Of a DNA stretch of 64,000 nucleotides, positions 29,343-39,089 are shown in pieces. How positions within the stretch are numbered: position 1 is the first letter of the stretch; each line of letters begins with the position of its first letter. Source of the DNA: an uncultured Verrucomicrobiae bacterium (GTDB lineage: Bacteria; Verrucomicrobiota; Verrucomicrobiia; Limisphaerales; UBA11358); NCBI GenBank assembly GCA_963769285.1, contig CAVYLE010000007.1, positions 270,709-334,708 on the forward strand, in the 5' to 3' direction. The notes under the pieces were generated by a model. It made no database searches and was not told the origin of the DNA. It saw only the letters and a list, made by a program, of their open reading frames with translations. The position numbers and the translations under genes are program-made.

Positions 29343-31677
29343 ATGCGCCGAAACATTTTCATTTGTCTGTTGCTGGCCGGGATCACGCTGGCGATTTACT
29401 GGCCGGTGGGCCGCCTGGGGTTCATCATCTATGACGACTACGACTATGTGAGCGAAAACCAGCACGTTCAGACGGGGATTACCGCTGAAAGTGTCCGTTG
29501 GGCGTTCACGAGCCGGGACTGCGGCAACTGGCATCCGGTCACGTGGCTGTCGCACATGCTGGACTACCAGTTGTTCGGCTTGAAGGCCGCCGGCCATCAT
29601 TGGGTCAACCTGGGATTCCACATCGCCAACACGTTGCTGCTTTTCATCGTGTTGAGAAGGATGTTGGGGCTTCGCCGTGACAATTCGCGGCAATCAATTG
29701 ACTCATCCCCACCGAACGCGAGTAAAAAAGCTGATGCGGCCAAAGCGGCTACGACCCCACAGGTGGGGCTTCGCTCCGATAAAAGCATTGGAGCTACGAC
29801 CCCACAAGCGCAAGCGGTTTGGCGGAGCGCCTTGGTGGCGGCGTTGTTTGCCTGGCATCCATTGCATATCCAGTCCGTCGTCTGGGTTTCAGAGAGAAAG
29901 GATTTGTTAAGTGGATTTTTCATGTTGCTGACATTATGGGCGTGGGTGCAGTACGTGGAGAAATCCGAAGTTCGAAACCCGAAATCCGAAGTTAATGGTC
30001 AGAAGGCAGAAACTAAAAATCAGGTTGCCAGCCTCTGGCCTTCTACTACCGGTTATTACTGGCTGGCGCTGTTGTTTTTTGCGTTGGGGCTGATGAGCAA
30101 GCCAATGCTGGTGACGCTGCCGGTGATTTTGCTGCTGCTGGATTTCTGGCCGCTCAAAAGGGTGGCGGGTTACGCGTGGCGGGTGACAAGTAATCCGGCG
30201 CACAAAAGTCCTGTGGCCCTCAACCCTCAACCACCAACCCTCAACCACTTGCTGGTTGAAAAACTGCCGTTCGTGGCGCTTTCCGTAGGATCGAGCATCG
30301 TCACCTTTTGGGCTCAACAGGCGGCGGGCGCCGTCGTGCAACTGGGAGCCCTGCCCTGGTATTGGCGGACATCCAATACGCTTGTGTTCTACGTGGATTA
30401 TCTTGGGAAGATGTTCTGGCCGGTCAACTTGGCCATCTATTATCCGTATCCTTACACTCGGACACCGACTGTAGAAATTGTGAGCTGCGGCCTGCTGCTG
30501 CTGGTGCTGTCGGTTTTTTGCATCCGTCAGGCGCGGCGACAACCCTGGCTGTTGGTGGGCTGGTTTTGGTTTGTGGTGATGCTGGTACCGATCATCGGCC
30601 TGGTGCAGGTGGGCATACAAGCCATAGCCGACCGTTATACCTATCTACCATCCATCGGTTTGTTCATCGTGGTGGCCTGGAGCATGGCAGGCGTGGCCTC
30701 GGTTTCCCGGTTTTGGCGGGCGGCCGTGGTGGCAGGCGCAACGGCGCTGGTGCTGGCCTGCCTGCTGGACACCCGATATCAACTGCGTTACTGGCGGGAC
30801 AGCGTCACGCTCTTCACCCACGCGTTGGAAATTTCGGGAGAGAATCCGGCAGTGCAGCTTTATCTGGGCATGGCACTCGTGGAATCCGGTGACCTGGCCG
30901 AAGCGGCAAGGAATTATCGGGCCGTGGTCAAAAGATTACCGGATTTTGAAGACGGCCATTACCGGCTCGGTTATATCCTGATTCAACAGAAAAGGTACGA
31001 GAAAGCGGGGGTCGAATTTGGCGAAGTCCTGCGATTGAATTCCAACAATCCCTTTGCGCGCAAATTTTATGGAGACACCCTGACCGCCCAGGGAAAATAT
31101 GCGGAAGCTGAGGCGGAATACACCGCCGCCCTGCAACTCCAACCGGATGATGCGGTCATCCGGAGCGCCCTAACGTTTGCCAGCGAACATGTCAAGATCG
31201 GACCAAGTCCTTACCAACCTTTACAACACCCTGAAAATCCTGCCTACACCGGAAGTCCACGTCCAAATTGCCGTCATCCGAACAGCCCAGGGAGAATCCC
31301 GAGACGCCGTCGAGCACTATCTCGAAGCTTTGCACCTCAAGCCCGACGCCATGGATGCCTTGAACAATCTGGCCTGGTTGCTGGCCGCCTGTCCGGACGC
31401 ATCTGTCCGCGACGGCGCCCAAGCCGTCAAATACGCCAAACGCGCCTGCGAACTGACGCATTATCAAATGACGATTTACGTCGGCACCCTGGCGGCGGCT
31501 TACGCCGAAGCCGGGCGGTTTGACGAGGCGATGGCGACGGCGGAAAAGGCCTGCGCCCTGGCGTCCGAATCTGGCGACCAGGGTTTGTTGAAGAGAAACC
31601 AGGAACTGCTGGAGCTGTATCGCAAGCACCAGCCGTATCATGAGCTGTTTGAAAATCCTGTTCTCGCCACACCATGA
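29343..31677 (+). pseudogene. TMTC/DUF1736-like GT-C membrane protein + TPR, paralog E, with one frameshift near 31180-31205
   Basis: ORF 29343..31523 matches paralog F up to ...DDAVIRSALTFAS. The homologous C-terminus (TPEVHVQIAVIRTAQGESRDAVEHYLEALHLKPDA...LLELYRKHQPYHE) continues in ORF 31177..31677. This could be a sequencing error rather than a real lesion. Confidence 0.6.
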
Positions 31678-31743
31678 ACAATCGTGCAATTGGAATGAAT
31701 TCAAAGCAGGCAAACACCCCTGCGTCGCGAAAGTCTGATCTGT

Positions 31744-33825
31744 GTGGCCTTGTTGGTCATTACCCTGGTTGGCTTTTGGCCCGTGGGTCATCTGGGGTTT
31801 ATCATTTACGATGACCATTACTACGTTACAGAAAATCCAATCGTTCAGGCGGGCATAACCGCGGAAGGCGTCCGTTGGGCGTTCACCACCACAGCGGTTG
31901 GCAACTGGCATCCGGTCACGTGGCTGTCGCACATGCTGGACTGCCGGTTGTTCGGTTTAAATGCCAGCGGTTCGCATTGGGTCAACCTGGGATTTCACAT
32001 CGCCAATACGCTGCTGCTTTTCATGGTGTTGCGGAAGATGTGCGGAGCCGTATGGCGCAGCGCATTCGTGGCGGCCTTGTTTGCCCTGCACCCAACCCAC
32101 ATCCAGTCAGTCGCCTGGATTTCGGAGCGCAAGGACGTGTTGAGCGCATTTTTCTTCCTGCTGACGCTGTGGGCGTATGCGCGGTATGTGGAGAAGTCCA
32201 CAGTCCGGAGTCCAGAGTCCAAAATTTTCTACGGTCTGGCGCTGGGGTTTTTCGCGCTGGGTCTGATGAGCAAGCCGATGCTGGTGACGTTGCCGGTGAT
32301 TTTGTTGCTGCTGGATTTTTGGCCGCTCAAACGGATTTCGGATTTCAGATTTCGGATTTCGGATTTAAGGAACGCCGTTCAACTCCCGGTTTTCCGGCGA
32401 TTGCTTTGGGAAAAGGTGCCGTTCGTGGCGTTGAGCCTGGCATCCAGCCTCGCAACTTTCTGGGCCCAACAGGCGGCCGAATACGTCGTGTCTGTGAATC
32501 TGCTGCCCTGGTATTGGCGGATTGCCAACTCACTGGTGTTTTACACGGATTATCTTGGGAAAATGTTCTGGCCGGTCAACCTGGCCATTTTTTATCCCTA
32601 CACACCGATCCACCTGCGGGAATTTATCTGTTCAGCTCTGTTGCCGGTTTTGTTGTCGTTTTTTTGCATTCGGAGGCTGCTTCCCCAACGCTGGCTGTTT
32701 GCCGGCTGGTTTTGGTTTATGGTGATGCTGGTGCCGGTCATCGGCCTGGTGCAGGTGGGAATGCAAACCATCGCCGATCGCTACACCTATCTGCCGTCCA
32801 TCGGTTTGTTCATCGCGATGGCCTGGAGCATGGCAGGCGTGGCATCGGTTTCACGAATTTGGCGGGTGGCCATGGTGGCGGGCGCAACGGCACTGATAGT
32901 GGCCTGCCTGCTGGACACCCGATATCAGCTGCGTTACTGGCGGAACAGCGTCACGCTCTTCACCCATGCGTTGGAGGTGACCAGGGAAAATAATTTTGAA
33001 AGCTACTATCTTCTCGGTAATTCATATGGCGAGGCGGGCGACTGGGCTGCCGCCGCCAAGAGCTACCAGTCCGCACTCCAAATTTCCCCAAATCTGACCG
33101 AGGCCCGTTCCAAACTCGGGCGCGTCCTGTTCTTGCAGAAAAAGTACGACGAAGCCGGGGTCCTGTTGGACGAACTTCTGCAACTGCATCCCGACAATTT
33201 CGAGGCACGCGAATTTTACGGGGATACCCTGGCCGCCCAAGGGAAATATGCGAAAGCCGAGGCGGAATACATCGCCGCCCTGCAGCTCAAACCGGATGAT
33301 GCGGTCATCCGCAGCGCCCTAGCGTTTGCCGTCCAACAAATCGAGAACGAAGAAAACCGCACCAATCTGAACAACGGCTTGATGGATCAACTGACACCGG
33401 AAGTCCACACCCAGATTGCCATCTTGCAGACAAAACAGGGAAAATTCCAAGACGCCGTCGGGCATTATCTCAAAGCCCTGCGTCTCAAGCCCGACGCGCC
33501 GGATGTCTTGAACAATCTGGGCTGGCTGCTGGCCACCTGTCCGGATGCGCACATCCGGGATGGGGCTCAAGCCGTCAAGCATGCTGTGCGCGCCTGCGAA
33601 CTGACGCAGTATGGTGTAACGCCCATGGTGGGCACATTGGCGGCGGCCTACGCCGAGGCCGGGCGATTTGACGAGGCGATTTCAACAGCGGAGAAAGCCT
33701 GCCTGATGGCATCGGAGTCTGGCGACCAGGGCTTGTTGAAAAGAAACCAGGAACTGCTGGTTTTGTATCGCGCCCACCGGCCGTATCATGAATCCATTGA
33801 AAAGCTTGTTCCGGCCGCGCCGTGA
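31744..33825 (+). CDS. TMTC/DUF1736-like GT-C membrane protein with C-terminal TPR domain, paralog F (only uninterrupted copy)
   Basis: 693-aa ORF carrying NWHPVTWLSHMLD, HWVNLGFHIANTLLLF, ALFALHPTHIQSVAWISERKDVLS, LMSKPMLVTLPVILLLLDFWPLKR, YLGKMFWPVNLAIFYPY, VPVIGLVQVGMQTIADRYTYLPSIG, then TPRs. It starts at a GTG. An upstream ATG (31695) that would add a fuller first TM helix is 1 nt out of frame. Confidence 0.85.
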   Translation: MALLVITLVGFWPVGHLGFIIYDDHYYVTENPIVQAGITAEGVRWAFTTTAVGNWHPVTWLSHMLDCRLFGLNASGSHWVNLGFHIANTLLLFMVLRKMCGAVWRSAFVAALFALHPTHIQSVAWISERKDVLSAFFFLLTLWAYARYVEKSTVRSPESKIFYGLALGFFALGLMSKPMLVTLPVILLLLDFWPLKRISDFRFRISDLRNAVQLPVFRRLLWEKVPFVALSLASSLATFWAQQAAEYVVSVNLLPWYWRIANSLVFYTDYLGKMFWPVNLAIFYPYTPIHLREFICSALLPVLLSFFCIRRLLPQRWLFAGWFWFMVMLVPVIGLVQVGMQTIADRYTYLPSIGLFIAMAWSMAGVASVSRIWRVAMVAGATALIVACLLDTRYQLRYWRNSVTLFTHALEVTRENNFESYYLLGNSYGEAGDWAAAAKSYQSALQISPNLTEARSKLGRVLFLQKKYDEAGVLLDELLQLHPDNFEAREFYGDTLAAQGKYAKAEAEYIAALQLKPDDAVIRSALAFAVQQIENEENRTNLNNGLMDQLTPEVHTQIAILQTKQGKFQDAVGHYLKALRLKPDAPDVLNNLGWLLATCPDAHIRDGAQAVKHAVRACELTQYGVTPMVGTLAAAYAEAGRFDEAISTAEKACLMASESGDQGLLKRNQELLVLYRAHRPYHESIEKLVPAAP

Positions 33826-34453
33826 ATTATTCTATCCGACAGTGAAAGAAAAGTGGACCAAGCTGCTGCCGGTGGTGCTGATGCTGGTGTTCGCGTTGTC
33901 GCGCATCCCCGGCGTGCTGCCGCAGAATTTCAGCGCCGCCTATGCCCTGGCGTTTTGCGGCGGGGTATATTTCACCGGAGCAATGGCCTGGTGGCTGCCG
34001 CTGGGCACGTTGTTTGCCACGGACGTGCTGCTGAATGTTTTCTACTACCACGAGCCGGTGTTCAGCGGTTATATGCTGGTCAAAACGCTTTCGTTCGCCG
34101 CGCTGATCGGACTCGGGCGCCTGTTTTCACCGCGCACGAACTGGTGGAAGCTCCTGGGGGGCGGACTGCTGGGGGCGGTGCTTTTTTATTTCATCACCAA
34201 CACCGCCTCCTGGCTCAACGATCCGTCATACGTTAAAACGCTTGCGGGCTGGATTCAGGCACTGACCACTGGCATTCCGAATTTCCCTTCAACCTGGGAA
34301 TTTTTTCGCAACACCCTCCTGAGCGGCGGGCTCTTCACCAGCCTGTTCGTCGGCGCGATGAAAGCCACCGCCGAATCGCCCGCGGAAAAAACGGCCGGGG
34401 CGCGCGACGAGGAGCCGGAAGCCGGGGAAGCGCCGGAGGAGGCGAAGGCGTGA
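33788..34453 (+). CDS. Polytopic membrane protein (DUF6580-like putative transporter component)
   Basis: Five to six hydrophobic helices and an acidic C-terminal tail. The start is uncertain: ATG 33788 overlaps the previous gene by 38 nt, and there is a GTG alternative at 33842. The family call comes from remembered sequence patterns only. Confidence 0.65.
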   Translation: MNPLKSLFRPRRELFYPTVKEKWTKLLPVVLMLVFALSRIPGVLPQNFSAAYALAFCGGVYFTGAMAWWLPLGTLFATDVLLNVFYYHEPVFSGYMLVKTLSFAALIGLGRLFSPRTNWWKLLGGGLLGAVLFYFITNTASWLNDPSYVKTLAGWIQALTTGIPNFPSTWEFFRNTLLSGGLFTSLFVGAMKATAESPAEKTAGARDEEPEAGEAPEEAKA

Positions 34454-34501
34454 AACAGATGGCGGTTCGACGGCCATTTTGCCACTGACCCAAGAAGCAG
34501 A

Positions 34502-34650
34502 GGAATGACGAATGACGAAACCATAATGACGAAAGAATGACGAAACTCAAATGACCAATAAAAGTGAGGGTACCGCGCTGGGTTTCGGAATTGGTCATTG
34601 GGAATTCTTTTATGATTCGGGCTTAGTCATTAGTCATTGATTTCTGGTCC
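34502..34650. repeat. 'aatgacgaa' repeat cluster with inverted copies
   Basis: ggaatgacgaatgacgaaaccataatgacgaaagaatgacgaaactcaaatgaccaa ... ttggtcattggg...cttagtcattagtcattg. Confidence 0.5.
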
Positions 34651-34707
34651 CAATAATAAATCAACTGAAACATTGAAGAACCTGATTTTCTGTCACCGAT
34701 CACGTTT

Positions 34708-35169
34708 ATGAGGATTGGCCTGATTTCCGACACGCACGGTTTTCTCGACCCCAAAGTCCCTGAAATATTCGCCGGCGTCAGTCACATCCTGCACGCGGGT
34801 GACATCGGTGGCGATTCCATCGTCGTTGAACTGGGAGCGATTGCCCCGGTCACGGCCGTGCTTGGCAACACGGACAGTTCGCCCACCTTCCGGCTCACCG
34901 AAGTGGTTGCGCTTGCCCAACGGAAATTTCTCGTTCACCACATCGTGAACCCGCACGCGCTGAAGGAAGATCTCCAGTTGCGGATTGCGCGTGAACGGCC
35001 GGACGCCGTCGTGTTCGGCCACACCCACAAGGTCTTTTGCGAAACGATAGGCGGCGTGCTGTATTTAAATCCCGGCTACGCCGGCAAACCGAAGTCAGGC
35101 GCGGAACGCACCGTGGCCATTTTGCATTGCGACGAAAAGGAAATCCGGACGGAGTTTTTGGCGCTTTGA
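34708..35169 (+). CDS. YfcE/MJ0936-family metallophosphoesterase
   Basis: MRIGLISDTHG, HAGDIG, GNTD, FGHTH and GYAG motifs appear in the canonical order. Confidence 0.85.
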   Translation: MRIGLISDTHGFLDPKVPEIFAGVSHILHAGDIGGDSIVVELGAIAPVTAVLGNTDSSPTFRLTEVVALAQRKFLVHHIVNPHALKEDLQLRIARERPDAVVFGHTHKVFCETIGGVLYLNPGYAGKPKSGAERTVAILHCDEKEIRTEFLAL

Positions 35170-35184
35170 ACTTTGGATGGACTT

Positions 35185-35385
35185 GAAATCCGAAGTCCGA
35201 GATCCGAGCCCCGAAAGAAGACCGAAAACCGAATTCCGAAAGCCGCGTGGCACCTTGTCCATCGTAGTCCCACAAGCGGGACGAAGTTGGAGGCTTTATG
35301 CAGCTTCGCGGAAGCCTTTCCGGTTCGAGCTTCGGTTTTCGGATCTCGGATTTCTTTCGGAGTTCGGTTTTCGGAATTCGGATTT
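35185..35385. repeat. Third copy of the 'gaaatccgaa' inverted-arm MITE-like family
   Basis: Arms gaaatccgaagtccgagatccgagccccgaaagaagaccgaaaaccgaattccgaaag and ctttccggttcgagcttcggttttcggatctcggatttctttcgg...ggaattcggattt surround a unique core. It lies between convergent genes. Confidence 0.6.
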
Positions 35386-36100
35386 AGCCGGCACTGTCCG
35401 CCCCGCCCGGTTTTCGTCCCGTCAGCCCGGCCAGGGCACGATCGCACCACGGGGAGATTTTTGCGGCGACACCGGCGATCAGCAAGGCGGTGACGGCGCC
35501 GGTGAACACGTCCATCGTGTAATGCGCGCGCAGCGTCAGGACCGCCGCCACCTCAAACAGGGCTACGCCCACGCCGAGGATCGCCAGCCAGCGCCGGCCC
35601 AGGCGCTCCAGTTCGATCGCTCCAAACACGGCGATGGCCGTGTGCCCGGAAAAGAAGAGGTCGTTGGCCACACCGTAGGTCACCACCAGCGAAGGGAAGC
35701 CGGGGTTGCGCCAGATCATTTCATCCGGCGGCGGCAGGGCGCAGAGCGCCTGGCAAATCTGCCGAAGGGCAAAGAGCATCAACAGACCGATGAACGGACG
35801 GAAGGTCGGTCCAAAGATGGCGCGGCCCAGCAGAAAAAGCGCGAACAGGTCGATGCCAGCCGAGCTGGCGATGAGCAGGCCGTTTGCCGCGCGCGGATGG
35901 TCGAGCAGATATTGGTGCGCCGGCGCGGTCAGGACATGAATCTCATCGCCGATGACCTGCCCTGAAATCGCCCGCTGGCCGATGAGCGATTGGGTCCAAA
36001 ACCAGGCGGCCAGTCCCAGGACGACTAAAATCAAGCGAAACCACCACGGCGCCGACGTGGCGGGAGGTGTCTTGGCGTTATCCGAATTTGGGGTGTTCAT
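35384..36100 (-). CDS. PAP2_C / sphingomyelin-synthase-like membrane phosphotransferase
   Basis: Polytopic protein with DLFFSGHTAIAVFG and RAHYTMDVFTGAV (the SGHT ... HYTxD catalytic motifs of the PAP2-related SMS-like family). Confidence 0.72.
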   Translation of the reverse strand: MNTPNSDNAKTPPATSAPWWFRLILVVLGLAAWFWTQSLIGQRAISGQVIGDEIHVLTAPAHQYLLDHPRAANGLLIASSAGIDLFALFLLGRAIFGPTFRPFIGLLMLFALRQICQALCALPPPDEMIWRNPGFPSLVVTYGVANDLFFSGHTAIAVFGAIELERLGRRWLAILGVGVALFEVAAVLTLRAHYTMDVFTGAVTALLIAGVAAKISPWCDRALAGLTGRKPGGADSAG

Positions 36101-36110
36101 GGTGAATCTT

Positions 36111-37882
36111 CCCTAACCCGGAAATTTCATAGTGGGTTTAACCAAAGAAGCGGTGAGAGCGTCCAAAGGCTTGATATCACTCAGCCAAATGAAAACGCAC
36201 AACACCGCTTCTTCAACGACAGACTGTAACGACGCGCCGTTGCTCTTTCAAGACCTGGGTGCCCGCAAAGTCGTGGCCGATTTTTCGGGCGGCACTCTCT
36301 CCACTGACGGCGGCGCGCTGCTGTTGCGCCAGGTGGATCAGCGTCTGGGCCTGTCGCAATCGCTGGCTGAATGTTTTGACGACCAGCGTGACGCGCGCTT
36401 TGTCGATCACCGGCTCCCCCAACTGCTGGCGCAACGGCTCATCGGCCAGGCGCTGGGTTATGAAGATCTCAATGATCACGAGCGGCTGCGCCTGGACCCG
36501 CTGCTGGCGGTGGCGTGCAACAAACGGGATCCGCTGGGCGGGGATCGTATGTTCCGGGACAACTGCGGTGCGGCCTTGGCGGGACCGGCCACGCTCAACC
36601 GCCTGGAGTTATCGAACAACCGTCGCACCCGCTGCCACAAGCTGCCGCACGATCCGCGCAAGATGGAAGCCTGCCTGCTCCGGTTGGGCGTGCGCTGTCT
36701 GCCCCGGCACGCGCGTGAAATCGTCGTGGACCTGGACGCGATGGGCCACTTGCTCCATGGCCTGCAGGAGGGGCGGCACTTCAGCGCTTACTACGACGAT
36801 TACTGTTATCTGCCGCTCTACGCCTTCGTCGGCGACGTGCCGCTCTGGGCGCAACTGCGCACCAGCGACGTTGACGGGGCCAGCGGTGTTGTGCCGGCGC
36901 TGGAGAAGATTGTGGCGGCCCTGCGCCGGCGCTGCAAACGGGCGCGGATCATCGTCCGGGGCGACAGCGGTTTTTGCCGCGAGGAAATCATGGCTTGGTG
37001 CGAAGCCCAGCCGCGAGTCTATTACTGCCTGGGACTGGCCAAAAACAGCGTGTTGATTGAGTTGCTGGCCCCGGCACTGGCCGACGCGCGGGCACGCCGC
37101 TGCCTCAGCGGCGCCGAAAGTGCGCGCGCCTTCGCCGAGTTTGACTATCAGACCCAAAAGACCTGGAGCCGTCCGCGGCGCGTGATCGGCAAAGCCGAGG
37201 TGATGGCAGCGGGCGACAACCCGCGTTTCATCGTGACCAACCTGCCGGGGCGTGGATTCAAGGACGAACCCGACCGCGGGCGTTTCACCCCGCAGCGGCT
37301 CTACGAGGAACTGTACTGTGCACGCGGACAGATGGAAAACGTGCTCAAGCAGCAGACGCTGGATTTGGCCGCCGACCGGATGAGCACGCATTATCTGGCC
37401 AGCAATCAACTGCGGTTGTGGCTGGCCGCCTTTGCCTATCTGCTCTTGGAGCGGGTGCGGACCTGGGGGCTGGCTGGGACCGAGCTGGCCAACGCGACGG
37501 TGGGCAGCGTGCGGCTCAAACTCTTGAAAGTGGCGGCGCAGGTGAGCCTGAGCGTGCGACGGGTGCAGGTGCGCCTGAGCAGCGCTTATCCGTGGCAGGC
37601 GTTGTTTCGGCTTTGTCATCAGAGGTTGATGGCTTTGGCGTCCGCGTCGGGCTGAATACCCAACCTCCAAAATAATCGGTCCGGCGGACCCAGTTCGATC
37701 CGTCGAAGCAGCGGTGCGCCCCCGTTTCAGAAAAAACCATCTCCGAAACCTCCCCAACCCCCGCCAACGCCTCCAACCGCATCCAGCACCGCCTCAAAAC
37801 ACCTTTCCTTAAGCCACCTCGATTTTTCCACCCCGTAAAACAGCTTTTTCAAACCGCACTATGAAATAAGCGGGCTAAGGGG
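36111..37882 (+). mobile_element. IS1380-family insertion sequence (about 1.77 kb) with imperfect ~30-bp terminal inverted repeats
   Basis: Left end ccctaacccggaaATTTCATAGTGggttt. The reverse complement of the right end is cccttagcccgcttATTTCATAGTGcggttt. There is a single transposase ORF. I could not identify a clear target-site duplication. Confidence 0.78.
36189..37655 (+). CDS. IS1380-family (DDE group 1) transposase
   Basis: FSGGTLSTDGGALLLRQVDQRLGL...LAQRLIGQALGYEDLNDHERLRLDPLLA is the characteristic N-terminal signature of IS1380-type transposases. ATG at 36189. Confidence 0.85.
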   Translation: MKTHNTASSTTDCNDAPLLFQDLGARKVVADFSGGTLSTDGGALLLRQVDQRLGLSQSLAECFDDQRDARFVDHRLPQLLAQRLIGQALGYEDLNDHERLRLDPLLAVACNKRDPLGGDRMFRDNCGAALAGPATLNRLELSNNRRTRCHKLPHDPRKMEACLLRLGVRCLPRHAREIVVDLDAMGHLLHGLQEGRHFSAYYDDYCYLPLYAFVGDVPLWAQLRTSDVDGASGVVPALEKIVAALRRRCKRARIIVRGDSGFCREEIMAWCEAQPRVYYCLGLAKNSVLIELLAPALADARARRCLSGAESARAFAEFDYQTQKTWSRPRRVIGKAEVMAAGDNPRFIVTNLPGRGFKDEPDRGRFTPQRLYEELYCARGQMENVLKQQTLDLAADRMSTHYLASNQLRLWLAAFAYLLLERVRTWGLAGTELANATVGSVRLKLLKVAAQVSLSVRRVQVRLSSAYPWQALFRLCHQRLMALASASG

Positions 37883-39079
37883 CGTTGTTTCCTTTCCGCT
37901 CCGTTCGAGCATTGCCTCCAGTTGCCCGCGGATTTTTTCCATCAACGGGTCCGGACCGCCGCCGCGCTCGCGCACGGGGCTGACGGACAGCGCCTCGCCG
38001 ACCTCGATGATGGCGTGGAGCGGCCGGTGGATGCGCGTGCGGTCGGTCAGGTCTTCTTCAAAGCGCTCGACAGTTTCCAGCAGCCGCTCGGGCGTGGGCC
38101 ACGAGCGGATGTAATCCGGCGGATAACAGGAGAGCTGCTGGGCGAGGTAGAGGTCGGCTAGTTGACGCCAGCGGCGGGCGCGTTCGGCCTCGTCAATTTC
38201 ACCGCTCACCAGGTCGGGCAGGATGGCCATGCGCAGTTTTTTCACCCGCGCCACCACGTCGCTGTCCCCTTCGCCTTTGAGCCATTCCTTTTCCAGCGGC
38301 TGGAGCAGGCGGTTGATCAGGCGCCCGAGACGCTCCGGCACTTCGCCGGTCTGCAACTGGCCGAGGTATTCCAGCTCCTTGAGGGAGAGCAGCGCTTCGC
38401 CGACCCGGTTGATCCGTTCGCGCAGCCGGCATCCGTGCGGCGGACGCCACGAAAAACGCGCTTCAATTTCCTCAATTACCGGCGTGAGCGCAGCTTCGAG
38501 GTCGCCGCGGAAAAGATAGCGAATGGCGACGGGATGGACGACCACCTGCCCCGCCGGCGTGGCGGCAGCGCGTTGTTTGGCAGCGGTGTGGGCGATGAAG
38601 GCCGTGCCTTCCATCAAGTTGTTCAGCCGGTCATTCGTGCGGGAGACGACGCCCTCGGGAAAGAGCAACAGCGGACGTTCCGCTTCGTTGAGAATTTCCA
38701 CGGCGGCCTTCAAGGCTTCGCGGTCCAGGCCTTCGCGGTAAACGCTGAAGGCGCCGATGCGCGGGAGGAGCCAGGTTTGAAAGCGGCTTTGCCGGAACAG
38801 GTGCCAGCTCGCCATCATGTAGAACGGCCGCCGTACCGCGAGCGACAACATCCCCAGCGTCATCGGGTCGCAGGGACGGCTGTGGTTGGAGGTGAGGAGA
38901 ATGCCATGGCCGGCCTCAAGCGAGCGCCGCAAGTGCTCCACACCGCGGCATTCAACGGATTCGATGCCGTGGTTCCGGTTCAAGTAGCGCGGCAGCCAGA
39001 GTCCAAACAACGCGTACCAGAACCGGCCGCAGTGCGGCGGTACGAACTGGTAGGGCTGGTCAATGACGATGTTTTGCAT
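37859..39079 (-). CDS. PlsC-family (lysophospholipid/glycerol-3-phosphate) acyltransferase; 3' end replaced by IS sequence
   Basis: HX4D motif (SNHSRPCD) and FPEG motif. The last ~8 codons and the stop (PLSPLIS*) lie inside the right inverted repeat of the IS. Confidence 0.78.
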   Translation of the reverse strand: MQNIVIDQPYQFVPPHCGRFWYALFGLWLPRYLNRNHGIESVECRGVEHLRRSLEAGHGILLTSNHSRPCDPMTLGMLSLAVRRPFYMMASWHLFRQSRFQTWLLPRIGAFSVYREGLDREALKAAVEILNEAERPLLLFPEGVVSRTNDRLNNLMEGTAFIAHTAAKQRAAATPAGQVVVHPVAIRYLFRGDLEAALTPVIEEIEARFSWRPPHGCRLRERINRVGEALLSLKELEYLGQLQTGEVPERLGRLINRLLQPLEKEWLKGEGDSDVVARVKKLRMAILPDLVSGEIDEAERARRWRQLADLYLAQQLSCYPPDYIRSWPTPERLLETVERFEEDLTDRTRIHRPLHAIIEVGEALSVSPVRERGGGPDPLMEKIRGQLEAMLERSGKETTPLSPLIS

Positions 39080-39089
39080 GGTGGCCGCC

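Noticed and set aside
31675-31745. Upstream ATGs (31675, 31695) as the start of TMTC-like paralog F
   Set aside because: They are out of frame with the long ORF, and there is an in-frame stop at 31696-31698. GTG 31744 is therefore kept as the start, with a note that a 1-nt frameshift near 31737 is an alternative.
36609-37757. 382-aa minus-strand ORF inside the IS element
   Set aside because: It is antisense to the IS1380-type transposase, which carries the family signature. The ORF has no motif of its own and a shadow-like composition.
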